DNA of 61,769 nt, counting the filler, from Catajapyx aquilonaris (Eukaryota): assembly GCA_000934665.2 (NCBI GenBank). It is 3 parts of 3 records of this genome, joined end to end, with 100 filler letters (N's around TTAATTAATTAA, not from the genome) between each part and the next. Parts side by side here need not be neighbours in the genome. Positions count along the whole stretch, not along the records: positions 20,621 to 41,138 come from JYFJ02006245.1; 2 more parts are not named here. One strand, 5' to 3'. A program made the position numbers and the translations under genes. This document shows positions 24,401-38,237 of this stretch, piece after piece. A model generated the notes under the pieces. That model searched no databases and was not told the DNA's origin. It saw only the letters and a program-made list of their open reading frames with translations. Position 1 is the first letter of the stretch; each line of letters opens with the position of its first letter.

Positions 24401-25816
24401 AGGCCTCACAGAAGGAATTAATTCGTTTCGGGCGTCTTCGCTGAGTATTTTCAATAGGAATGTACAGTACATCTTACAACATTCATGCTAGCTATCAGCA
24501 GTGATTGTGTATTTTTGTATTGTCATTAAATATCTGGCTTTAAATATTTATTGAATTTTTAGATTTGGGAAATATTCTCACTTAAAGGTCGGAGTTAAAA
24601 ATTCACATAAAAATAATATTCTAAAATCTGTCTAGTTTACTGCGAAAAATAATTTCATTAGGCTGTTGAAGAGCATTTATTATTACAAGACTTAGTCTTA
24701 TCAACATACTCGTATTGAAAGTCTGTCATAGTAATAACTTTTCACCCTTTTCCTCTACCCTACATACCCATCATGTATAATATTGCCGTTTGAAGTAAAT
24801 AAATCACGGTAATTAGCATCCTCAACTTTTCCGAGTCAGAAGAGCCGTTGAAATGCACGGTAAGGAAATGTAACGAAGGGTAAAAAATAATTAGCTCCGT
24901 CCTCTTCACTTTCAGCCTAGAAGCGAGCGAATGTGCGAATGGACTAACGATGGAAGAAATTATTCCTGACAAATTATGACGGATTAGCTCTGATTTATAC
25001 AGTCTAATTTCATCAGACAAGTTTGATGAGAAGGGTGATATTTTATTCTCTCTGATGGGTAGCGAGAGTAGCTGGAGAGGAAGCTATGGCAACTTTGAGC
25101 TCTCAACGCTTCATAGGTGTGCTGAAAATATCACTGCTTACTCCACTTGCAAAATTGATCTCACGACGGAAAGTCGATCACCTGGTGCAATCTACCTCTT
25201 TCATAACTTGCAAATTTACGTTTTCCAACATGCTAGTTAATTTGAAGGCTTTGAGCATATCTGACTTCTGGATACGCATTTGCTGGGCCACATGTAGGTC
25301 TACTTGGAATTAAGTTATAGTATGAGCCAATCTAATGTTATCTGAAAGTAATTCCATCCTTCACATTTTTCTATTTAGTGATACGTGGATCCCGTTTTAC
25401 ACACCATCAGTTTCCAGAAGTTAACCCTGCCATGCATGTTATTTATATGTTTTTATGTTCGCACTATTACGGCCCACCACGAAGTAATTTGATATAATTG
25501 GGGAAATTGTTTCTATGGCATATTCGTAGAATGCGACGCGTTACAGGTTTGTTTATCTTAAAAAGTTTTTCACAATCTGCACTCGTATATTCTTTGTACA
25601 TTTAATCAATGAACGATATAACACTTCTGCTAGCATGTAGAATGACAGACAAGGGAGTGAGCAATATCCCGTAGGACTTGCATTTCAATATTCCAGCCAC
25701 GAGCTATACCCAAAATTTACCTAAAGCTCTGACGAAAGATAAAATCATGCCTGTGTACAGGCATGATTTTATCTTTCGTAACATCTCATAGGGAAAACAG
25801 TTAAGCCTATATACAC

Positions 25817-27747
25817 TAGGGCGGCTCGAAAAACACTTTTTTTCGAAAGTTGTAGTTCGCTAGTGAAAAAAAGTTGCGTTGGGTGATCCTTTTGACAGGT
25901 AAAAAATTTGAGTCATGTGGGTTAATATCCTACGGTCCCGCCAGGGGCGTTTGTGACGCAACTTACGGGTTTTCGTTTTTTGGTGTGCGAGTACACTTAC
26001 CCGGCCTAAACATGAAAAGTTGTGGCCCTTTGGGGGTGAGATGTCGTTATTTTTGCGATATCTTGCACCGTTGACGAGATATTGACCAAAACCCCAGGTT
26101 CAAAAATTACACCGTTCTGCAAAAAAACACTTTCTTTCGCTCTTTTGAAAACATTTATGTGCTTTTTATGGATTTTGGGGTGCTGAATCCGAATCCGGCA
26201 ACAGATTTGCTCTATCACGTACAGTTCTAGAGATATATCGTTTTAAAACCTTGGACGGTTTACTTGGGGTCTTTCCGAATCAAGTGGGCCTAATGTTGCT
26301 AGACCGGCTCGGATCTTGATTAAAATAATCCCAGATGTACTCATCTATTCTTTAACGCTTCCTATAGAAATTCAGCCATATTGCTCAATACTATGATGAG
26401 GGGAAAAATCGCAAACATCTGGAAATGGCTGAGAATGAGGCCTTTTTTGGAGAAATTTTTGTCGGTTAGTGCAAGTGGTCAAACCCCAATGAACATATAT
26501 ATCAAAAGAAAGGAAAACACCAGGACAATGCGCCTATGGAATTAGTATTCCTCTAAAATGTAAAAATAAATTTTTATAGCATTTCATTTGTCACTTGCTC
26601 AGTCACATGCCCAAGAATATATTGTGACCTCAACAATTATAATCGACTGTCCTTGGCCGACTCCCTCTCGTACCTTTTACACTTATACAAAAACGTATAT
26701 CACTGGTTCGGGCAGTCCTGCGGGGAAAACCCTTATGCAGTCCTGGATATACACTGCGACAACTGTGAAAAACCACAATTCTTGATTTAAGTGTCGTATC
26801 TCCCAAAATTTGAGTTTTCTCAAAATATGTACGTTATAGAGCCATTCTGACTTCAGATCTGGATTCAGTACCCCTTAATCTATATATTCCATCTACCTTT
26901 ATCCAAAATAGGATTTTTCTGCAGAATATGTTGAGGTCACAATATATTCTTGGGCATGTGACTGTGCAAGTGACAAATGAAATGCTATAAAAGTTTATTT
27001 TTACATTTTAGAGGAATACTAATTCCATAGGCGCATTGTCCTGGTGTTTTCCTTTCTTTTGATATATATGTTCATTGGGGTTTGACCACTTGCACTAACC
27101 GAAAAAAAATTCTCCAAAAAAGGCCTCATTCTCAGCCATTTCCAGATGTTTGCGATTTTTCCCCTCATCATAGTATTGAGCAATATGGCTGAATTTCTAT
27201 AGGATGCGTTAAAGAATAGATGAGTACATCTGGGATTATTTTAACCAAGATCCGAGCCGGTCTAGCAACATTAGGCCCACTTGATTCGGAAGGACCCCAA
27301 GTAAACCGTCCAAGGTTTTAAAACGATATATCTCTAGAACTGTACGTGATAGAGCAAATCTGTTGCCCGATTCGGATTCAGCACCCCAAAATCCATAAAA
27401 AGCACATAAATCTTTTCAAAAGAGCGAAAGAGAGTGTTTTTTTTGCAGAACGGTGTAATTTTTGAACCTGGGGTTTTGGTCAATATCTCGTCAACGGTGC
27501 AAGATATCGCAAAAATAACGACATCTCACCCCCAAAGGGCCACAACTTTTCATGTTTAGGCCGGGTAAGTGTACTCGCACACCAAAAACGAAAACCCGTA
27601 AGTTGCGTCACAAACGCCCCTGGCGGGACCGTAGGATATTAACCCACGTGACTCAAATTTTTTACCTGTCAAAAGGATCACCCAACGCAACTTTTTTTCA
27701 CTAGCGAACTACAACTTTCGAAAAAAAGTGTTTTTCGAGCCACCCTA
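25817..27747. mobile_element. hAT-like foldback transposon, 1931 bp, 819-bp TIRs, 8-bp TSD
   Basis: TAGGGCGGCTCGAAAAACAC ... GTGTTTTTCGAGCCACCCTA; arms 25817-26635 and 26929-27747 nearly identical; TSD ATATACAC at 25809-25816 and 27748-27755; no transposase ORF. Confidence 0.95.
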
Positions 27748-29222
27748 ATATACACTGTTATTCTTCTCTCAGTTTATCTGGTCTTATCCGTATGCAAATG
27801 CAGATACGATTGCTGTCTATATACTCTATAGGGAAAATGATACAGTATTACACAACATGCCACTTATGCATGGTTCATATGACTTATGTGTTTATATGTC
27901 ATAAGTTACCGCATTTTTTCATAGCTGATTCTCCCGCGCACTGATTTAGTAACAGGATATTAGGAAGTTGTAGCTTCTGTTGTTGCTGTTGTTATTGCTT
28001 TACTTCAAGGCAATCCTTTCCGAACCGCTATGGGCATATTCTGTTTAGGCTGCAATATGATTTTACCATCATTGCCACTAGGATGTTAATATTTTAAATG
28101 ACTTAGGCATAGCTGCCTGTGATAATACTTTGCGTCACTACAGATCAAAACATATGATTTGTCACAAACATGGACACAAAGCATGACAAAGAGATATGAA
28201 CCATGAGAACATCTTGCATGAAAAAGAAGCTTCTAGGTCATAAGAGCAGGAGTGACCCAAGACTTAAAATATCATGATTACGAAAATGGGGTGCAAGACT
28301 CATCAATGAGCCCTGAGTATCCTCCCGATATTCGCGAACTTATAGAAACATTTTAGTCAGTCATTATTGGTATGCTACTTCACAATTATTATTCTTTTCC
28401 ATTTTTATACGCCTGGCTGTTAAAATAGTTAACATAATTACATGGGTGAGCATAGACCATCAGATCTCTTTCGGTATAAGATTGCCAAGGTCAGAAAGAG
28501 TTCGTACACCAAGGTGATGCTCTCGCGACCTCAAATGGGGATCGCGAACTTAATAATTGGGGTCGCGAGGGAGGGTAACAAATTATTTTCACAAAATAAT
28601 TCCATCTCTCTCGGAAATTATGCCCATAAGGTAGGTTACAAAACAAGTCAGATTTCATTTTCATTTTACTGTTTACCTGTCTTTTCATGTTGGGCGATGA
28701 AAATGTGCACATTTGGAGGAGGGGGGGAGGGGTTCGCGAATTTTACGAGACAATTATTTGGGGTCGCCAACGACAAGGACTGGGAAGCACTGCTCTAAAA
28801 TCAAGAATATAATAACCTGCGCCTGCAGTATACTGTAGATAAGAGAATCACGTTGTAGACCCAAGATAGGACATGATTGAACTGAGAGTCAGTAGTTCGT
28901 GTCAGGGACAAGTAAAAATTGTCATTGGTCAGAGAGAGCCATGGTCAGAGCCGTCGTCAAAATTAATTCACGGTGATGTTTATTATGGCGTTCTGACAGT
29001 CAGGCTGTGTTCAAAAGAGTCGGGGAGTTCCTCCAGGGATAATTAAGTGTGTCAGCTTCTACGGCCACATTGCCAAGAGTCCCACTTACCAAGAATTTAC
29101 CACCAGAAAGCTTCGTTTCTGCACCCAAAAATTGACTCCTACATTATCCATGCTCTTCCACCGACCCGCGCGTCGGTGGAAGCGCATGGATACTGTAGGA
29201 GTCGCCTTATCAGATTACAGTA

Positions 29223-29783
29223 CAGGGTGTTTATTGTAACTCTGCAAAGACTTTCAGGGGTAATAGAGGGGACCAAGAAAGTATTTTTGACATAGGAACC
29301 GGTGTCCGGAAACGCCATCTAGAGGGGGTTCATAGACAAGGAACGGGTGCGCTCAGACGCGTCAGGCGCGAGAGGCGCTAAGCGAGCGGACTGTTTTGTT
29401 GATAGATGGCGCTCGGATAGTAACCAACGATGCGATGTGCCATAACGTGGCAACAACAGAGTCTTCTGGCAACTGAAGGCGGCCTAGGAGACGCGTGGAT
29501 AGTCAACAGCGGTTCTGTTGTTGCCAGGTTATGGCGTATCGCCGTTGTTGTTTACTTACAACGACGCGATACACCATAACCTGGCAACAACTGCGCGCCA
29601 TCTATCAACAAAACAGTCCGCTCGACTAGCGCCTCTCGCCTGACGCGTCTGAGCGCACCCGTTCCTTGTCTATGAACCCCCTCTAGATGGCGTTTCCGGA
29701 CACCGGTTCCTGTGTCAAAAATACTTGTCTTGGTCCCCTCTATTACCCCTGAAAGTCTTTCCTGAGTTACAATAAACACCCTG
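29223..29783. mobile_element. CAGGGTG-ended foldback MITE with ~190-bp arms
   Basis: CAGGGTGTTTATTGTAACTC...GATAGATGGCGC mirrored by GCGCCATCTATC...GAGTTACAATAAACACCCTG. Confidence 0.9.
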
Positions 29784-30116
29784 CATAATAATGCTATGGT
29801 ACAGTACAAACTGCAAAGCTACCTTTCCAGCAGCACCCTTTACATTTACAGGCCGGGATTTTTCAGCTAAAATATTTTTTTTTTTCGTTATTTGATGGCA
29901 GGATGATGGCGTAAACACCGGGTAAAGTGGGGTGAATAGGAACGCGTTTATAATAATGACCTGGAATTCTCAATAATCCTCATTGGGAAAGCGGCGTTTA
30001 CATTTCGGGCGCAGTGTTCTTGCTCTATGACTTGACACAAGAATCCAAAATACCCGCATTTGTTTTATTTTGTTATTGTATAAACAAGTCTTAGTATAAT
30101 CAAGAAAGGGTTTATG

Positions 30117-30359
30117 CAGAGTGTCTCAACTTTTTTGTCCGATCAGTTATCGGAAAAACCTATGGCATGTAGCCAGAACATGCCCAAACATTCCTGGCAC
30201 ATCCCTCAACAGTTGAGGGATGTGCCAGAAATGTTGGGGCATATTCTGGCTACATAGCTATACGATAATAGGCTTTTCCGATAACTGATCGGACAAAAAG
30301 TCTCAACTTTTTGTCCGATCAGTTATCGGAAAAGCCTATTATCTTATAGCTGTACCCTG
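30117..30359. mobile_element. Rearranged palindromic copy of the 5888-6097 MITE family
   Basis: Hairpin centred on CCCTCAACAGTTGAGGG, followed by a re-duplicated terminal segment (GTCTCAACTTTTTGTCCGATCAGTTATCGGAAAAG). Confidence 0.7.
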
Positions 30360-31250
30360 TATGTTATTATTCGTTGTATTTACCATGTGCACACATGAAG
30401 AACTCAGTTATAATGGCCACCTGACTGGCGCGCTTACACTTTTTGACCCAAACAAGAATACAATCATGTCCTCCGACACGAAAGCCACCCTTTCATCATG
30501 TTTCTTCCCCTTGAGGGTACGGTTAAGATTGCTTACAGAGCAGTGAGGTAATGACGGGTCATGCTAAACACGCTGCAGGTTTCACCCTTTCATGCTCACT
30601 TTCCACCTCCTCTGCCAACCTGAGAATGAGTAACTTATTATATAAGTTATATTGGGTTACGTCTCATGACTGGACAGCCAGAATAGATGGTCGTTGATTA
30701 GAGCACTTGCCACCTATCTCGTCGCAAGTTACATGACCTGACATGAAACAGTGAGGGAATGATGAAATTTACGTGGGACAGCATGGAAGGCTCACCCATT
30801 CATAATAGTTGCTTCATCAGGTGCAATAATGTCTGCATTATGAAGTTATTTTCACCAATATATGGAAAACATATTCTGTCTAACTATAAACTGATACTTA
30901 CGGTCCTTCGCGATATAATTTATTATTACAGATTGTAGTACTGAAAATTGGGACTAGTGAAGGAATTTCACTGATACAGTAATTTTTATCTACTAAACAC
31001 ACGCTAACTTTGCTTATTTGACATTCACCCTACAGTGTTCCCCTTAGGGGCTGTCCAAAGAAAATATGCAGCAGTGAGAACAGGATCATGTACAGTAGTT
31101 GACATATGGCGAAAGGACATCACTTTGACATGTTTCTTGAGATTGACCCGTTTTAATTTTCAGTGCTGGGATATTTATTTCAGCTGCTTCGTGTGGCAGG
31201 GGTAGGGGCACGCGGTGTCAACATAACCCATGGCCTAACCTTCCTTCATA

Positions 31251-31500
31251 GGGCGACACGGTGGCGGAGTAGTTATCGCCGCAGCCATCCACTTCTAAGG
31301 TCCCGAGTTCGATCCCCGGGTCGGATGGAGGATACTTATGTGGATAGAGTTTCGATGGGTTCTCTCCGTGTTCGTGTGGGTTTTCTTGGGGTTCTCCCGT
31401 TTCCTCCCGCAATCAAAATCCATCACGGTTATTCAAAAGATGATTCCCTAAGAGGCCCAATGAGGCCTATCACGGTGTATCCAATATTATTATTACCTAA
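31251..31500 (+). mobile_element. tRNA-derived SINE, family D
   Basis: GGGCGACACGGTGGCGGAGTAGTTA...GAGTTCGATCCCC A/B boxes; (ATT)n tail. Confidence 0.75.
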
Positions 31501-32230
31501 TCTTCCTTCCGTGCGGATACAGACCTATCTTTCAGCAGATACACGTCTATTCTTCAGCAGATACACGCCTAGAGAAGTAGGTAAAATTACAGAGTTTCCA
31601 GTTACGAATGCGTAGCCAAAAAGTGCATGTCCTTTTTATGGCCTGCGCTATCGTAGCAGAATAGCGGAATAGCGGAATAACTGAGTAGCGGAATTGCATT
31701 AGCTGCTACTGAGTCGCAGAATAGCTATAGCTGCAGCTGAGTTGCAGCTATTATCAGTAACATCTATTTAAATAACAGTTATTGGAAAGTAGCTGTTAGT
31801 TCCATTGCATGACGAGATCATCTCTGATTGGCCGGATAGCTGTACGACAAGTCTCTCCCCAGACATTGTCAAAAAATTCTTGTTGTTGCCATTGACTCAC
31901 GTTACATGTGAAATGTCGCGCCATCTTTATTGCTGTGTTGGAAGGAAATTGATCCAGTGATCCTCACTCCTGTTGTGGAGCACAAAACTTCCAATTTCTT
32001 ATTGTGAAGTGGTGATTCATGTGACATACGAGGATTGTCGGTGTCCCAAATCCTGGGGTTTTGAGATTTCAGTACTTGCTGTGATGTCATTTGCTCAGCA
32101 ACGTTGGAGGTACAGTACGTACATGTCATAAAATTTGGTAGATTTGCGTTCATTTATTTACGAGTTATAATGAAATTTTAGGGTTCGGTCCTACAATAAT
32201 CACCCAGTCCTTTCAACATTGTCCCTTTTA

Positions 32231-32599
32231 GGGGAGGTGTGGTGGCCGAGATGGTAACGTCTCAGCTTGCCGAGTGAAAGGTCCCAGGTTCGATCCCCGC
32301 CTGGGAGTTCCCTTTCACCTGCGTCAGGAGGGTCTCCGACCTGCACCTTGGAGGTGTCTGGCAACCTAACCTCCTGGGGGATTGCACATGGCCCAGTATG
32401 AGACATTGCACTTGCAGTTGCACCCATGTTCCCTCCCCAAAAAATCCCCATCCTTACCCCATGTCCTATCATCCTTGCACCGGAGTTAGAAGAAAAATAA
32501 GACAATTGAAGGAAATAATGGTGGTATTCCAGCCCCCTATAAGGGCCTACCACGGGGTAACGTAAAAAACAAAAATCAAAAACAAAACAAACAAAAAAC
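32231..32599 (+). mobile_element. tRNA-derived SINE, family A, full length
   Basis: GGGGAGGTGTGGTGGCCGAGATGG...AGGTTCGATCCCC; A-rich tail; 14-bp TSD CATTGTCCCTTTTA at 32217-32230 and 32600-32613. Confidence 0.92.
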
Positions 32600-32884
32600 C
32601 ATTGTCCCTTTTATATTGAGGGATTTAATCTCATTACATGAAATATTTCAGGGTAGAGTGAATCAAGGGCGCACAATGAGTGCACGTGGAAACGTTCCAC
32701 ACTGTTACATAATCGAAATCGTCAAAAATGTATTTTTAGGAGCGACTTTTGATGTCACTGACACCAGGCATATCAGTTGTGCACAGCTGGTGTGACCTAT
32801 TTCATTGCCCCATTACAACTATGTGCATGGCCCATGGTCGGTGCACCATTGACTAATGGAGTGGGTGCCGACCATGGGATGGAT

Positions 32885-33270
32885 ATGAAGGGTCTCAGAT
32901 CAAAGGCGGCTAAGTCCACTTTTGGAGGGTGTAACACAAATACGTCCACCAATAATATATTTTAATGTCATTGGGTATTAATTGCACTTTGCGTATGTAG
33001 CCGAGACGTGGCAACATATGGACGCAAAAAGTTTCAAGATTGTACCAGTGAAATAAGTAATCAGCAGTTTTTGCCGGTTTTTGCTCATTTTCCGACCCGT
33101 TTTTTTGGACTTAGCCGTCTTTGATCGGATGGCCGGTTTCATCAAGCCCGGTTTTCATAAAAAACCCGGTTCTTTGGGAAAATCCCTGCAAATAGATAGG
33201 GATTTTCCGAAAGAACCGGGTTTTTTAAATGAAAACCGGGCTTGGTGAAACCGGCCATGAGACCCCTCAT
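32885..33270. mobile_element. MITE whose right TIR is interrupted by a second MITE
   Basis: ATGAAGGGTCTCAGATCAAAGGCGGCTAAGTCCA ... TGGACTTAGCCGTCTTTGATC[insert]TGAGACCCCTCAT. Confidence 0.75.
33130..33257. mobile_element. 128-bp hairpin MITE (PIF/Harbinger-like, 3-bp TSD)
   Basis: TGGCCGGTTTCATCAAGCCCGGTTTTCAT ... ATGAAAACCGGGCTTGGTGAAACCGGCCA; flanks GGA/TGA. Confidence 0.75.
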
Positions 33271-36131
33271 AATTATGTTTCCTTGCACCGGTGTTTGAAG
33301 AAAAACAGTATTCAACAAAACTGATGGTGATATGCCACGCCCCTGAAAGGGCTCCGCTCTATCAGGGGGTTAACATTTAAAAAAATACATATTCATGGCA
33401 AGTGCCTTACATTTTATTTCCCTGATTTTGATTAACTATTGATAAATCAGCAAGCCTCTGAAGCAATGTCCCTGTCATTTTCCACCAGCTAAAATAAAAG
33501 ACAAGCTTTCTTCTCTATGTAAGAGCCCCAGATGGTCGGCGTGTAAAACTTTTAACTGTAACATTTTTAGCAGTGTCAGACTCTTGGGAATCAAATGTGA
33601 AAGCTACGAGAAACGGTCTTGCAAAAATAATATTGCGCTTCGAGAAAAAATATGCAAAATTTATCTGCTCTCAGCACATCTCTGCTCTTCCATTCTGCCA
33701 TAAAAATATCCTGCGGGGCAGCACAAGAATCAGAAACTCTCCAAAATAGATGATTGGATGGAAGCTAACTCAATATTGACTAAAGTAAGTTGGGCACTCT
33801 CTTGCACACAAAGCTATGGTATTGTGCGATCTCTTTGTACAGTTTCTTAGTTTCTTTCATAGACACCCATGTGTGGTTCGGGCGTCGAGGATAAAGAAGG
33901 CTCTTTGTATCCAGGAGGTGAAGGAGATGGTAGCAGGAAGACCCATTTTTCAAATCTGTTCATGTGTCCCAAAGCCAACACTGAAGGCTTTAGAATAATT
34001 ATTCAGTTATACGTACTGTATAAAGCCATAAAGTGGACTGTTTCCTCCAGGTTTCCTCAGTGTGGTTGGTTTATCCCTCACATAATTATCCCCTATATGT
34101 TTCATGTACTGTGCAACTATGTCGATCTCTTCGCCAATTTAAAGACCAAAATGCTCAACATAATCTCATGTTACGAGGCTTAATTACGGCACGAGGAGGA
34201 AATTACGTTTGATTCTTCAAGCACTGATGGTATAGGCAGTGTATAGGCAAATCTTATGTAGTGTACCGGTACCGTATGTCACACAGCACACGTCTACGTC
34301 TGTTTGACATGTGACTGCAGGTTATTTTCTCTACGAATAGTGCTGCATTTAACATCCATCTTATGCCGTAATTAACCATCTAAAATGATGTGAAGCATAT
34401 GTATAGTATATACAAATCATGGCCTAAATAAAGTGTTATGTTCCTATTGCTGCTAGTATAGAGTTTAATGCATTACTGTCAGACTCGCCACCTTTCGATA
34501 TATCCTCTCGCAGCTTTAACATTCATAACAGCTTGCTTATACCCTGCATGAATAGTAAAAAAGCCCGAATAAACTTCATAGTTTTGAAAGAAGTAATTTT
34601 TCGGGCTTATTATTGGCTTATTATTATAGAACGCCATGCAATATGGTCGAGAGCTAGTCTTCTTTGAATGGCTTCGATGCGGAAGAGCGACATGGTAGCC
34701 TGTACATATATACATGTAAACAAGTTTCTTCGCAAGGAAATTATGTCCGTGCCGACGCCTTTTCCAATGGAAACTTTCAGCCAAACGGCAAGGCGAAGAG
34801 ACAAAGGGAAAATAGACCGGTTTTGCAGAGGAGGATAAGGTCTTGCATTTAGGATGCAGCTAGTAACATGTACACAGTTCAAAGTTGACTCGGTCGGAAG
34901 CCCTTGTCGCCGAACTTTCTTCTTGTGGACTGGAGCTCCCAACTTTGGCAAGTAGAGGAAGGTGGGGGACGGGTGTGGAAGTATAAAGGCTCAACGTCCG
35001 AATGACGGTAATGTACCCTTACGACCCTCACGCCCAAAGAGTACATAAAACTTCATTTACACTCCTGCTCTCTACGATATGGTTTGCCTGAAAGGCGGGT
35101 GATTTATGGGTGCGAGATACGCGCGAAGGAAATGCAACAAGCCCCGCTTTCCCCTCCCTCCCTCCCTCCCTACTCCCTCTCCCTGCACAACACAAAGTTT
35201 CCGGAGAAACGGCTGCTATCCGGAAGAACCTTCCCCCACCCCACCCACTCGGCCTGCAAAAACCCGTGGCCGGATGCCAGAATCCAGGAAAAAGATGGAG
35301 TGTGGTGCACTCTACACTTGAAATGCAGGGTGCGAATGGTTATTATTTGACATGTGCATTGGGCAACTCAGTGAGCTTTGACACTCCAAGGACATTGTCT
35401 TCCTACCTCCCTGCCACTCACCTGTCAAAGCTCAAGTTATTCGCATACCAAAAGACCTGCCATTCCCTGCATACCAAATAAGAAATACAAATTGTTCCGG
35501 TAATTACACGATGCGGTTGTCGTGTGTACGGGATGATGGATTTCACTTGAGGCTGCTTACTTACAAGACGTCTTAACTGGGTCCTCCCACTTGGAGCAGG
35601 GGGAGCTGGTGCGTGCATGCACGAGGACCCGTGCTTTTCATACCGGATGACAAGCGAGTCAGTACAAACGTCATAGAAAGTGCTATTGGCAGATCCATTT
35701 GAAAACCATTCTCGTGCCGATGACATGTTGGCTCGCGCTGCAAAAATATTGGTGTACTCCATTGTGTGTGCGCTTTCATCAGTGCAAAGGCACAAGTGCT
35801 CCCCGCTCCAACCCACCTCCCCCTCTTCTATACATCAAGTACCAGTCTGCAAAATAAATAATTTTTCCTACGTATGGGATATAATCCGCGCACCACTACA
35901 TCATTGCTAATTTTATTCACAGAGTTCCGAATGTTTAAACGCAAGTCCAAGTACTTACAAGCATACAGGGTGTCCCATCTTTTTTGTCCGAACATTTATC
36001 GAAAAATTGCGCGTAGCTGCTACTTTTAAAGCAGTGACTTGCAACCGGTGACTTTTACTGATAAATTCAAATATGTCGGTCGTCAACAGTTGTCACTTAT
36101 TGTCAATGAGTAAGTCACATACACTGTAGCC

Positions 36132-38237
36132 TAGCGGTTCTCAAACTTATTTTTACCACGAACCCCTAAAATACTTAGGTTCTAACCTTCGTACCCGGGT
36201 CATTTTCATTTTTTTGCGCATTTGCTGTGTCAATGTAGAAAAAAACCAATCCTGCAAGTCATTTTTCATTTACGTGAAAGAGACACTCATATGTGTTCAT
36301 TTGATATCAAAAACATGAATTTGAATACATTCAGTCATAATATGTAACTAAATAAAAAATGATGAAAAGTGTATGGAAATGAGGTGAAGCCGATAGCAAG
36401 ATTAGTCCTTTGTGAATTTTATACAGCTGTGTGAGTACCCGGATTTTTTGAACCCAATTTTTTTTACGCTTGTTATCATTGGATACCCCAAAATTTATAC
36501 ATATCATTGTCATTTAACATATAACAATGTTACAAATAATTTAAGCATGTGAAGCGTGACACCGTCACACTCTGTTACCATCTGACTGGCACCCTTGTAG
36601 GAACTTGTGAAATAGCTCAAAATAGGGCAGTAAAATGCCCAAGTGTAGCATAGATTCAGTCGCGATGGAATCATTTTTGTCAGTTGGAAGATGAGTGTTG
36701 GACAAGGAGGAGGCGGGCCCTGTTTTCTCTCAAGGTTGCAGCGTATTTTTTCTGCCTGTCACGTATGTTACCTTCTTAAATCCATTTCACTGCATGTAAT
36801 TGTCAAAGTTGAATTGAGCTTGTTGCATACTAAGGTCCCACCTCTTCAGGTACTAATAACATTTCATAAAAAGAAATAGTCTGCGAGGAAAAAAATTACT
36901 ACATTCAATTTGTCACTGTCTGTTACTGTCACGTATGTTACCTACCATAGAGTAACATATGTGACGGGCTTGGTAACAAATGTGAATGATGACACCTATT
37001 ATGCTATAAGGCAGAACGGCCTATTAAACATGTAACATCTGTTTGATTTCATCATCGCAGCCGCATATTTGTAAGCACCCATGACTGTTGCCTATTATTG
37101 TCACCAACAATAAGCAACAGCTATGGTTGTGATGGATGTTATGGTGCTTAATAATACGCCAAAGTCGTGGGCCGTGCGTGTGAGTATGGTTTCCCAACAG
37201 CAGATACTATGTAACTATGACATCAAATAGAAGTTAGGCTGTTCAGCCTATAATTATTGAAGGGCTCCATGGAAGAAGGAGGTAACTAGATGGGAATTCC
37301 CATCTACTTACCCCCTTCTTCCATGGAGCCCTTCAATTGTATTTAGATCATAATCACATTGCTCTCATTAATGGTGCCATATAATATTCATCATTAAAAG
37401 ATGTGACAACTCCTCATTTCAAGAAATTTTCTTGAAATGAGGAGTTGTCACATCTGTTACTCAGGTGAGTCTTTACCATAGCATTAGAGTGATATGAAGT
37501 ACTGTTAATTAAAGTATAGTATAAGTGAAAGCCTCCCAGATGCCTTACATATTTAAAGATATTACATACCTATGTGCATGAGCTTCATAACTCTGAGTCG
37601 TAAGTGAAGCCTTGTGAAATTTTAATATAATTCTCGTTACCAACCATTCCTATCCACAACAATTGAGCCGAATTTCATGTGTCCTGTAAATAAAAAATAA
37701 TACTCTCGCGAGAGTGGTGCTCTCCGCTGTATGGGAGCATTACAACTTCAAGATTACGTACACAGTGGTTTAAAAAAACATCCACACGATGGTAACAGAA
37801 GTGACAAAGGAAGCCACTATCCACTGTTAAATCTGTAATATCAATTAAACTTCTCCGACCATATCATGTCCAACATGGGATTAAAATACTACAGATGATT
37901 CCAAATCATGTGGTATAAGTAAAAACTATGACGTTTAGGTTTCATATTTCACAAACAAATATCTGGATTTGCGCAAAAAAAATGAAAATGACCCACCCCC
38001 TCTTTTTCCGCCCCCTCCTGACGCCAAATTCCACCTCTCTATGTAGGTCGGGAAGTGGCTCAATTTAAGTGGTGAACATAGTCACACGGCACTGTTATAT
38101 ATATGTAGATTAAATTAATAGCAAATTAATACCATAAAATAACAGGTCAGTTGTGACATGAGCAATTTAACACGTACCCCTTGGCAGAGGCCCGCGTAAC
38201 CCCTGGGGTACGGCGTACCGCAGTTTGAGAACCGCTG
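36132..38237. mobile_element. hAT-like MITE shell with nested inverted-repeat elements
   Basis: TAGCGGTTCTCAAACT / AGTTTGAGAACCGCTG; inner IR pairs GGTCATTTTCATTTTTTTGCGCA (~36198)/~37970 and TCTGTTACCATC (~36570)/~37790; no TSD seen. Confidence 0.55.
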
